In this document: positions 40,874-49,057 of the stretch, piece after piece
Layout of the letters: every line of letters begins with the position of its first letter
How positions within the stretch are numbered: position 1 is the first letter of the stretch
Assembly: GCA_048213135.1 (NCBI GenBank)
Contig: PS015010.1
Coordinates: 806,001 to 870,000, forward strand
Length of the DNA: 64,000 nt
Source of the DNA: Reclinomonas americana ATCC 50394
Lineage: Eukaryota
Direction: 5' to 3'
The notes under the pieces: generated by a model
Told to the model about the DNA's origin: nothing
Databases searched by the model: none
Seen by the model: only the letters and a program-made list of their open reading frames with translations
Program-made: the position numbers and the translations under genes

Positions 40874-41791
40874 ATGAAAAATATCCTCTGCATGGCGCTG
40901 TTTACCCTTTTCAGTCTGAACCTGGCGGCACAACCCGCAATTGACCTGTTGCGGGAGACGGCTCCGCACTATATTTCAGAAAACGATCTCGCTTCCATCA
41001 ACGATAACCGCGACAGCCTTTCGTATGCCCTCATTGCGGGGGGCAGCAGGGGCATTGGTTTCGCGATAGCCGAAGCGCTGGCCCGCCGGGGTTATAACCT
41101 GGTGCTTGTTGCCCGTGGCATGCCTTCGTTACAGAAAGCAATGGATACGCTGGAGGCCGCTTATGGGGTGAAAGTGGAGATACTGTCATTTGACCTGAGC
41201 AAAGAAGAAAGCGCCCCGGCCATTGGCGAGTGGTGCAGGCAACGTAACCTGAAACTGAAGATGCTGTGCAACGTGGCCGGGTTAGGAGGTGATGAGGATT
41301 ACCTGCAGTTGTCGCTGGACAGTGTGCGGTATATGGTGCGGCTCAACGTGGAATCCTGTATGGCCATGAGTATGGAGCTGCTGCCGTTACTGGAAAAGAA
41401 TGCGCCGGCTTATATCCTCAACGTGGCCAGCATGGCGGGTTTTGCGCCGATACCTTCCAAGAATGTGTATTCGGCCACCAAATCGGCGGTACTGTTTTTC
41501 AGTTATTCTTTACGTTACCAGTTAAAGAAAAAACACGTCAGCGTGAGTTGCCTGGCTCCCGGACCGGTATATACAAAGCCCTCCATCGAAAAAACAACGA
41601 AAGAGCGGTTGGGCTGGATTGGTGACCAGATGGCGGTGAAGCCGGCCAGGGTGGGAGAGATAGCGGTGAAGAAAACACTCCGGAAAAAAATGATCATTGT
41701 ACCGGGAAAGATTGCCGGGTTTTTATCGGGTGTGTTGAGAATATTACCCAAACGATGGGCGGCAGGTATCTACGGTCGCCTGGGCGGTTAA
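40874..41791 (+). CDS. SDR family oxidoreductase with an N-terminal signal-like extension
   Basis: AGGSRGIG, NVAS, YSATK (YxxxK), LAPGPV. Confidence 0.9.
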   Translation: MKNILCMALFTLFSLNLAAQPAIDLLRETAPHYISENDLASINDNRDSLSYALIAGGSRGIGFAIAEALARRGYNLVLVARGMPSLQKAMDTLEAAYGVKVEILSFDLSKEESAPAIGEWCRQRNLKLKMLCNVAGLGGDEDYLQLSLDSVRYMVRLNVESCMAMSMELLPLLEKNAPAYILNVASMAGFAPIPSKNVYSATKSAVLFFSYSLRYQLKKKHVSVSCLAPGPVYTKPSIEKTTKERLGWIGDQMAVKPARVGEIAVKKTLRKKMIIVPGKIAGFLSGVLRILPKRWAAGIYGRLGG

Positions 41792-41880
41792 TAAAATGTT
41801 GAAAAGATCGAAAAGATTCTACAAGAAGATAGTAGGTATTTCTACGTAGTATCTGCTATCAGTGAACTATCTTCATATTA

Positions 41881-42017
41881 CATCTAAGATCTGTATCCTC
41901 TGAACCTGATCCTATATCATTTGAAAGACTAAACCTCCGGGACGTAACAAACGGCCGTTTTACCGGCTCACTTGTAAACGCACTTTTTAGGCCTTCCGCA
42001 AGGGAGGCCTATTTTTT
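41881..42017 (+). ncRNA. Candidate ~135-nt small RNA
   Basis: Variant -7 box TAtcTTCA (41868-41875); plus-strand terminator with a GCAA loop; UCC..UGAAC/UGAAAGAC motifs. Confidence 0.4.
41988..42017 (+). terminator. Plus-strand terminator with a GNRA tetraloop
   Basis: taggccttcc-gcaa-gggaggccta followed by T6. Confidence 0.75.
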
Positions 42018-43601
42018 ATTGAGGATCTCAAGCGACCGGGTAATGGCCGGGTCGGCAGCGTTCAGCACTTCATACAATCCTTCATAACGCCAGAGCATAC
42101 GGGCAAGCGACGACCTGATATTGGTAATGAGGTCATTTTTTTCTTTTGCGCCCACAGTGGCCAGGCTGATGGAATCCTTTGCCGCGGCTGCTGTAAAGCT
42201 TTTCCAGTTGTCTTCTGTAAACGAGAATTGTTTGATGAAATCCGACGGCTGGCTGTATTTCAGCAGTTCATCGCGGTGCTGCAGGTAGAAATTATAGGTG
42301 AACACACCAATGGTGCCTTTGCTGTACAGTTTCGAACTGGCGGAACTGAAGCCCGTGGTGTCGAGCGCCACAAATACATCCGGTGTAATACCGCCACCAC
42401 CATAAACGATCTTACCGGCGTTGGTCTTGAACAGTTTGGTGGTATCGTTGTGAATAGAGTCGGCGGATTGTGTTTCGCCATCGAGGTAACGGTTGGCGAT
42501 CTCGTTGTAATAAGCTTTTCCGCCTTTATCGTAAGGGCGTTGTATGCTCCTGCCAATGGGTGTGAAATAACGGGCAATGGTCAGCCGCAGGGCGCTGCCA
42601 TCGCTAAGGTCGTATTGTTCCTGTACCAGGCCTTTGCCGAAGGAGCGGCGGCCTACAACAGTAGCCCTGTCCCAGTCCTGCAATGCGCCGATAAGAATTT
42701 CACTGGCGCTGGCAGTGCCTTCATCGGCCAGCACAATCAGCTGCCCGTCTTCAAACTGGCCCAGCCTGCGGCAGCGGTATTCCTTGCGTTTGCTGTGTTT
42801 GCCCTCGGTATAGGTAATGAGTTTATCGTCGCTCAGGAATTCATCGGCAATCTCAATGGCTTCGTCCAGTATACCGCCGCCATTGCCCCGCAGGTCGAGG
42901 ATCAGTTTGGCGAGTCCCTGCTTTTTCAATGCCGTCAGCGCTTCCATGAATTCCCGGTAGGTCTGCGAACTGAATTTATTAAGACGGATATAGCCGGATT
43001 GTTTGTCGATCATATAGCTGGCGTCCACGCTGCTCACGGGTATTACGTCGCGGGTAACGCTGAGCACCTGTTGTTTGCCATTGCGGAGAACGGTTACATT
43101 CACTTTGGTTCCCCTGTCGCCCCGCAGCAGTTTACGGTATGTTTCTACCGGCAGTTTCTTACCTGCCACCAGGCTGTCGTTCACTTTCAGCAGTTTATCG
43201 CCGGTGATCAGTCCTGCTTTGAAGCTGGGACCGTCTTTCAGCACATTGGTTACATTGAGGGTATCATCAAAAATATTGTACTCTACACCTATGCCGAAGA
43301 ATTTACCGGCCAGGTCTTCATTTACTTCATCCAGTTCCTCTGCGGGAATGAATACGGAATGAGGGTCGAGGCGGGAAAGGATGGCCTGTATGGCGGTATC
43401 GGCCAGGCTGTCGATCTTCACTTCATCTACATACCTGTTTTCGATCAGGTCCATGATCTCCTGTATGGGCCTGCGTTTTTCGGTATGGAAGAAATTCCTG
43501 CCGGGCATATTGTCCCGCATTTTATAGCCGAAAAACATACCTGCGATAAGCGTAATGCTGAAAAGCAGGGGCAGCCAGACCTGTATCTTTTTGTTATTCA
43601 T
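42009..43601 (-). CDS. S41 family carboxy-terminal processing protease
   Basis: PDZ domain, LDLRGNGGG, TASASEIL, SFGKGLVQ, GGGITPD. Confidence 0.94.
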   Translation of the reverse strand: MNNKKIQVWLPLLFSITLIAGMFFGYKMRDNMPGRNFFHTEKRRPIQEIMDLIENRYVDEVKIDSLADTAIQAILSRLDPHSVFIPAEELDEVNEDLAGKFFGIGVEYNIFDDTLNVTNVLKDGPSFKAGLITGDKLLKVNDSLVAGKKLPVETYRKLLRGDRGTKVNVTVLRNGKQQVLSVTRDVIPVSSVDASYMIDKQSGYIRLNKFSSQTYREFMEALTALKKQGLAKLILDLRGNGGGILDEAIEIADEFLSDDKLITYTEGKHSKRKEYRCRRLGQFEDGQLIVLADEGTASASEILIGALQDWDRATVVGRRSFGKGLVQEQYDLSDGSALRLTIARYFTPIGRSIQRPYDKGGKAYYNEIANRYLDGETQSADSIHNDTTKLFKTNAGKIVYGGGGITPDVFVALDTTGFSSASSKLYSKGTIGVFTYNFYLQHRDELLKYSQPSDFIKQFSFTEDNWKSFTAAAAKDSISLATVGAKEKNDLITNIRSSLARMLWRYEGLYEVLNAADPAITRSLEILNKK

Positions 43602-43627
43602 TCCACGAAGATAATGTGACAATACGA

Positions 43628-43757
43628 GAATGTGCGAATGTGCAGCTATGCAAACAGGTGATAGCAGCTTAATCCTGGGAACGGCCAGGTGATGACAAAA
43701 TTTTCACATTTGTACATTTCAATTTGCATATTTGAACATTCGCATACCTGCATATCC
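43628..43757. repeat. Inverted pair of 8-nt arrays (ATGTGCGA-type left, TCGCACAT-type right)
   Basis: gaatgtgcgaatgtgcagctatgcaa ... ttcacatttgtacatttcaatttgcatatttgaacattcgcatacctgcatatcc. Confidence 0.75.
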
Positions 43758-43829
43758 AAAACTCCTCTTTTAATTTTGACTTCTCAATCCGGCACACTAC
43801 CTTCAACCTGTAATCCTCAAACAACAGAA

Positions 43830-44672
43830 ATGGCTATCCGGTTAATTGCAGACAGTGGTTCCACCAAGGCGGAATGGTGCCTGATCAATGGCAAAACAAA
43901 GAAGACCTTCATTACACAGGGCCTCAGCCCTTATTTCCTTTCCGCGGAACAGATTGAATACATCATGCAGCATGAATTGCGGAACAAAATGAAGAAAGGG
44001 GTGGAGCCGGAAGAAGTGTTTTTCTATGGCACCGGCTGCAGCAATCCCGATAATGTAAAACTGGTGCGCAAAGCCATCCAAAGGGTTTTTCCCGAGGCGG
44101 AAGTAAGCGTGGACCACGACCTCATGGGCGCCGCCAAAGCCCTTTGTGGCAACGAAAAAGGCGTGGCCTGTATTTTGGGTACCGGGTCTAATTCCTGTTA
44201 TTACAACGGCAAGCGCATTATGAAGAACAGTCCCGGCCTGGGATATGTACTCGGCGATGAAGGCAGCGGCGCTTATATGGGCAAAAAAGTGATCCAGTAT
44301 TTCCTGTACAATACTTTTGATGCCGACCTGATGGACCGTTTCAAAGCCAAGTTCAACACCAACAGCGACGAAATATTGTCGGCCGTGTATAAAAAGCCAT
44401 TGCCCAACCGTTACCTCGCTTCCTATGCGATCTTCCTGTCGGAGAACCGGGGGCATTATATGATCGAGAACATTATTGAGGACAGCCTGAACGATTTTTT
44501 CTTCAATCACATTTACAAATACCGGGAAAGCTGGACCATGCCTATTAATTTTACAGGCAGCGTGGCCTACGGCTTCCGCGATGTATTAAAAGACCTTTGC
44601 CACGCATATGAACTGCAACTGGGCAAAGTGATCAAAAAACCTATGGACGGGCTGGTGAAGTTTCATAGTTAA
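43830..44672 (+). CDS. BadF-type N-acetylglucosamine kinase-like protein
   Basis: IADSGSTKAEW, ILGTGSNSC, LGDEGSGA; next to murQ. Confidence 0.88.
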   Translation: MAIRLIADSGSTKAEWCLINGKTKKTFITQGLSPYFLSAEQIEYIMQHELRNKMKKGVEPEEVFFYGTGCSNPDNVKLVRKAIQRVFPEAEVSVDHDLMGAAKALCGNEKGVACILGTGSNSCYYNGKRIMKNSPGLGYVLGDEGSGAYMGKKVIQYFLYNTFDADLMDRFKAKFNTNSDEILSAVYKKPLPNRYLASYAIFLSENRGHYMIENIIEDSLNDFFFNHIYKYRESWTMPINFTGSVAYGFRDVLKDLCHAYELQLGKVIKKPMDGLVKFHS

Positions 44673-44690
44673 TGAGCGAATGTGCCAAGG

Positions 44691-44813
44691 CAAAATTCAA
44701 AAGTGAAAAGTAAAAAAGGCCGCATGTAATTGAAAGTTCCCTTTTTAATTTTGACTTTTTACTTTTGAATTCCTCATCCATAATTCGTAATTTCTAATTC
44801 GTAATTCGTAATT
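44691..44813. repeat. TCAAAA/TTTTGA inverted-repeat element (44691-44771) followed by a TAATTCG 7-nt array (44781-44813)
   Basis: caaaattcaaaagtgaaaagtaaaaaagg ... ccctttttaattttgactttttacttttgaatt; taattcg taatttc taattcg taattcg taatt. Confidence 0.8.
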
Positions 44814-44816
44814 ATT

Positions 44817-45629
44817 TTGTTCGAACGTACTACAGAATCCGCTTCACATTACAGGCACCTCGAAAAGATGTCTGTACAAGAAATACTCACTAACATCAAC
44901 AAGGAAGACCAGACGGTTCCCCTGGCCATTGCCAAAGCCCTGCCGGCCATTGAAGAGCTGGTGCAGGTGCTGGCAGACCGTATGCTGATGGGCGGCAGGC
45001 TGTTTTATATTGGCGCCGGAACCAGCGGCAGGCTGGGTATTGTAGATGCAAGTGAATGCCCGCCCACATTCGGGGTACCGCATGAACTGGTGATCGGCAT
45101 CATTGCCGGGGGGTATAAAGCCATCACCGAGGCCGTGGAATTTGCGGAAGATGATGCGGAACAGGGGTGGAAAGACCTCCTGGAACATAACGTGAATGAA
45201 AAGGATTTCGTGATTGGCATAGCCGCCAGCGGCACTACGCCATACGTGATTGGGGCACTGCAACAGTGCCGGAAACACGGCATTACCACCGGCAGCATCT
45301 CCTGCAATGCCGAAGCGCCCGTGAGCGCCGCGGCAGACCATCCCGTGGAAGTAGTGGTAGGCCCGGAATTCGTTACCGGCAGCACCCGTATGAAAAGCGG
45401 TACAGCGCAGAAACTGGTGCTCAATATGATCTCCACTACGGCTATGATCCAGCTGGGCAGGGTAGAAGACAACAGTATGGTCAATATGCAGCTCACCAAC
45501 GATAAACTGATTGACAGGGGTGTAAAAATGCTGATGGAAAAAATGGGCACTTCCGACTATGAAGCCGCCAAAGCCCTCCTCCTTAAAACAGGAAGTGTTA
45601 AAAAAGCGATTGAAAGCCGTCTTCCGTAA
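44817..45629 (+). CDS. murQ: N-acetylmuramic acid 6-phosphate etherase (TTG start)
   Basis: GAGTSGRLGIVDASECPPTFG, GPEFVTGSTRMKSGTAQK. Confidence 0.96.
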   Translation: MFERTTESASHYRHLEKMSVQEILTNINKEDQTVPLAIAKALPAIEELVQVLADRMLMGGRLFYIGAGTSGRLGIVDASECPPTFGVPHELVIGIIAGGYKAITEAVEFAEDDAEQGWKDLLEHNVNEKDFVIGIAASGTTPYVIGALQQCRKHGITTGSISCNAEAPVSAAADHPVEVVVGPEFVTGSTRMKSGTAQKLVLNMISTTAMIQLGRVEDNSMVNMQLTNDKLIDRGVKMLMEKMGTSDYEAAKALLLKTGSVKKAIESRLP

Positions 45630-45704
45630 AAAATTAATTGGTAGTATTCTTCAATTACAGTAACTTTCGTATATATAGTTATGATCAACTAAAATACTAC
45701 TCTT

Positions 45705-46940
45705 ATGAATGTAAAAACTTTACTATCAACTTCCTTTATTGCGCTCACTTCTCTCGCTTCCTTCGCACAGGATGCCGGTAAGGCTTATGCCATTACCGGT
45801 AAAAAGAACAACAATTTTTTCTGGGCTGATATCAAACAGGTGGATATCAAAACAGGCAAAGTGGAAAAAGTGCTTTTTGAAGCAGATGTGACCCAGTACA
45901 AAACTACCTACCTGGATGGTTCCAAAGCGACCAATCTGCAGGATGCAAGACCAACCGTTTTCGGCGTAGCCGCATGCGCACTCGACACCCGCCACAACAG
46001 GCTGTACTTTGCGCCCATGCATGTGTCCGACATCCGCTATCTCGATCTGAATAAGCCCGGTGCCGAGTTCACCGTAATCAGCAGGAATGTAATACCCGTT
46101 GCTGCCAATGGTGGGTATCAAACCGAAGAAAGCCAGTTGAGCCGTATGGTAATTGGTGCCGACGGTTACGGTTACGCGATCACCAATGATGCCAACCACC
46201 TCATCCGTTTCAATACCGGTAAAAAGAACCAGGTGGAAGACCTCGGTAATATCGTAGACGCCGAAGACAATAAAGGCATGTCCATTCACAACAAATGCAC
46301 CAGCTGGGGCGGCGATATTGTAGCCGATGCTTTTGGTAAACTGGTGATGATCTCCGCCAATCACAACGTGTTTGTGATCGACGTTGATACCAGGATCGCC
46401 ACTTACAAAGGCGCCATCACCGGTCTGCCGGGCAATTACAGCACCAATGGTGCCGTGGTGGATACCGACGGTAAACTGGTCGTGAGCAGTGCCAACGTAT
46501 TCGATGCTTTGTACAAAGTGGATATGAAAGACCTGAAGGCGGAAAGGATGGAAAGCAAAGAAGCGCCATTCAACGCGTCTGACCTGGCCAATGGCAATAT
46601 GCTCAACCAGAAGGAAGCCGATGAAGCCCGCAGGAACACGGTAGGATCAGCCAGCATCAGGCCGCTGGCACAAGCCAACACCGATAACCACGTATTCCCC
46701 AACCCGGTTACCACCAATGAATTTAAAATTCAGTTCGGTGATGAAACACCGGGTCAGTATAACGTAGCCATCACCGATCTTTCCGGCAAAGCCATCACCA
46801 GCAAAGTGATAAGCGTTTCCGGTAAAGGACAGGCCGTACCTGTTCAACTGGCGGGTAAACTCACCAAAGGCATGTACATGGTTAAAGTAACCGATATCGC
46901 CGGTAAATTCATCTTTACCGAAAGAATCATCGTTCAGTAA
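45705..46940 (+). CDS. T9SS type-A CTD secreted protein, probable beta-propeller
   Basis: Signal peptide; VFPNPV...GMYMVKV C-terminal domain. Confidence 0.85.
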   Translation: MNVKTLLSTSFIALTSLASFAQDAGKAYAITGKKNNNFFWADIKQVDIKTGKVEKVLFEADVTQYKTTYLDGSKATNLQDARPTVFGVAACALDTRHNRLYFAPMHVSDIRYLDLNKPGAEFTVISRNVIPVAANGGYQTEESQLSRMVIGADGYGYAITNDANHLIRFNTGKKNQVEDLGNIVDAEDNKGMSIHNKCTSWGGDIVADAFGKLVMISANHNVFVIDVDTRIATYKGAITGLPGNYSTNGAVVDTDGKLVVSSANVFDALYKVDMKDLKAERMESKEAPFNASDLANGNMLNQKEADEARRNTVGSASIRPLAQANTDNHVFPNPVTTNEFKIQFGDETPGQYNVAITDLSGKAITSKVISVSGKGQAVPVQLAGKLTKGMYMVKVTDIAGKFIFTERIIVQ

Positions 46941-46966
46941 ATAAAAATATTCGGGTTAATAAGTCG

Positions 46967-46999
46967 GAGGCTGCCGTAAAAGGCAGCCTCTCTTTTTTT
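46967..46999 (+). terminator. Rho-independent terminator
   Basis: gaggctgcc-gtaaaa-ggcagcctc followed by a T run. Confidence 0.8.
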
Positions 47000-47075
47000 G
47001 TCACACTACCCGTCACACAAACAGGGTATAGAACGGCAGTTGAAAGAACACAGATTTGCAGGTAAAACCACGGTC

Positions 47076-49028
47076 ATGAAAAAGATCTTCCTGTTCTGTT
47101 TCTTCCTGTACACTTCATCATCATCTGCACAAAATCTTGCCGTGAATACAGACGGCAGCGCAGCGGCAGCATCAGCGATGGTGGACATTAAATCCGCCAA
47201 TAAAGGGTTACTTATTCCCCGTGTTGATATCACCGACTTGTCGGTTGCCGCACCCGTGGTGTCGCCGGTGGTATCGCTGCTGGTGTACAACACCAATACA
47301 ACAACCGGCGCGGGTTATTATTACTGGGGCGGAACAGGCTGGATAAAGATGACAAATGCGTCCGACAGTGCGTGGACGCTGAAAGGCAATGCCGGAGCCG
47401 GAGCCGGTCATTTTATCGGAACTACCGATGCGCAACCGTTGCGGTTCAGGGTCAACAATATTCCCGCAGGATTTATTGATGATAACAATGTATCATTCGG
47501 TTCCTTTTCATTAATGACCATTACAACAGGTGTTAACAATACAGCAGTTGGCACAGGATCATTAAAGTTGAATACCGCCGGGATCAACAATACAGCGATC
47601 GGCTTCCAGGCGCTGGATTCCAATACCACAGGTAATTTCGGAACGGCGATCGGTGTCAGTTCCCTGTTCAGGAATAAAACCGGTTTTGCCAATACCGCAC
47701 TCGGCTTCAATGCACTCGGTTCCAATATCGACGGCAACTGGAATAATGCTGTCGGCGCCAATGCGCTTGCCAATAATAAAGATGGCAGTTACAACACCGC
47801 CATCGGGGGTGACGCGTTGATCAGCAATACCAGTGGTGGTGGTAATGTGGCCATTGGCAGCGGTACGCTCTATGATAACACCACGGGCAGCAATAATACG
47901 GCTGTGGGTTATATCGCCCTTGGAAACAACAAAAACGGGAATAATAACAGCGCCCTGGGCTACCTGTCTTTGTACAGCAATACAACAGGCGGCAATAATA
48001 CGGCCATTGGTCACAGCAGTTTATACAATGATACAAGCGGCAGCCATAATACCGCGACAGGCTACCAGAGTATGTTCAATACCACCAACGGGTACAACAA
48101 CACCGCCACTGGTGCGCTTTCCCTGCCCAACAACACAACGGGTTTTGAAAATACCGCGATGGGGTACAGGAGCCTGTACAGTAATGTGGGAGGTGTGGTC
48201 AATACAGCCATCGGGGCTTACGCGTTACAGGCCAACACGCTCGGTAACTTTAATACTGCCGCAGGTTATGAGGCGTTGATCTTTAACAGCGACGGGTATT
48301 CAAACAGCGGCTTCGGCGCACGTACGCTCAGGTACAACTCCTCCGGGCATGACAATGCAGCGGTGGGAGGCTCCGCGCTGGATAACAATACTACCGGCAA
48401 TTTTAATACCGCGATGGGTAACCTGGCGTTCGCTAATAATCAAACAGGCAGCAACAACACGGTGGTAGGTTATAATGCCGGCTCCAATATTGGTCAGAAT
48501 CCCAGTAATTTTTCCGCGTTTGGAAACGGAGCAGGTCATTTAGGCGGCAATTCCAATACCATCGAGATCGGCAACAGCAGTGTGGTATATATTGGCGGAC
48601 AGGTAGGCTGGAGCGTATTCAGTGATCAGCGCATCAAAGACAATATCCGCGATAATGTGCCCGGCCTTGATTTTATCACGAAACTTCGCCCGGTAACTTA
48701 TAACCTCAACATACATCGCCAAAACGACATGACAGGGGCGAAAGACAGTACCAACTGGAAGGGCAAGTATGACATTGAAAACATAACACAAACGGGCTTC
48801 CTGGCGCAACAGGTGGTGGAAGCTGCCGCAGCGGTACACTATGATTTCAATGGGGTAAGAGCGCCGCAAAGCCCGACAGACCTGTACAGCATCCAGTATG
48901 CCTCCTTCGTGGTGCCGCTGGTGAAAGCCGTGCAGGAGCAACAGTCCATTATCGAAGAGCTGAGGAATGAGATCAGGCAAATCAAAACAGCCATGTCAGT
49001 TCAAAATAAAACCCGCAGCGGGAATTGA
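47076..49028 (+). CDS. Exported fibre-like protein with 14-aa NTAxG repeats and a C-terminal S74 intramolecular chaperone domain
   Basis: Signal peptide; KGLLIPRV; more than 20 N(T/S)AxGxxxLxxNxxG repeats; SDQRIKDNI...LRPVTY...GFLAQ...LVKAVQEQ. Confidence 0.85.
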   Translation: MKKIFLFCFFLYTSSSSAQNLAVNTDGSAAAASAMVDIKSANKGLLIPRVDITDLSVAAPVVSPVVSLLVYNTNTTTGAGYYYWGGTGWIKMTNASDSAWTLKGNAGAGAGHFIGTTDAQPLRFRVNNIPAGFIDDNNVSFGSFSLMTITTGVNNTAVGTGSLKLNTAGINNTAIGFQALDSNTTGNFGTAIGVSSLFRNKTGFANTALGFNALGSNIDGNWNNAVGANALANNKDGSYNTAIGGDALISNTSGGGNVAIGSGTLYDNTTGSNNTAVGYIALGNNKNGNNNSALGYLSLYSNTTGGNNTAIGHSSLYNDTSGSHNTATGYQSMFNTTNGYNNTATGALSLPNNTTGFENTAMGYRSLYSNVGGVVNTAIGAYALQANTLGNFNTAAGYEALIFNSDGYSNSGFGARTLRYNSSGHDNAAVGGSALDNNTTGNFNTAMGNLAFANNQTGSNNTVVGYNAGSNIGQNPSNFSAFGNGAGHLGGNSNTIEIGNSSVVYIGGQVGWSVFSDQRIKDNIRDNVPGLDFITKLRPVTYNLNIHRQNDMTGAKDSTNWKGKYDIENITQTGFLAQQVVEAAAAVHYDFNGVRAPQSPTDLYSIQYASFVVPLVKAVQEQQSIIEELRNEIRQIKTAMSVQNKTRSGN

Positions 49029-49057
49029 CACTGCCTGCTTTTCGATACTTTTAAAAC

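Noticed and set aside
41881-42017. 6S RNA
   Set aside because: Only a faint CCUCUGAACC resemblance; no long rod with a central bubble is evident and the usual zapA/rny context is absent. Needs cmscan to exclude fully.
42228-43619. Long antisense ORFs (also 322-1305, 24889-25827, 59968-60738 and others)
   Set aside because: They shadow well-supported genes on the opposite strand, as expected from codon bias, and show no motifs.
35241-49028. Prophage suggested by the ORF6N and S74 fibre genes
   Set aside because: The two genes are 11 kb apart among housekeeping genes, with no integrase, terminase or capsid genes.
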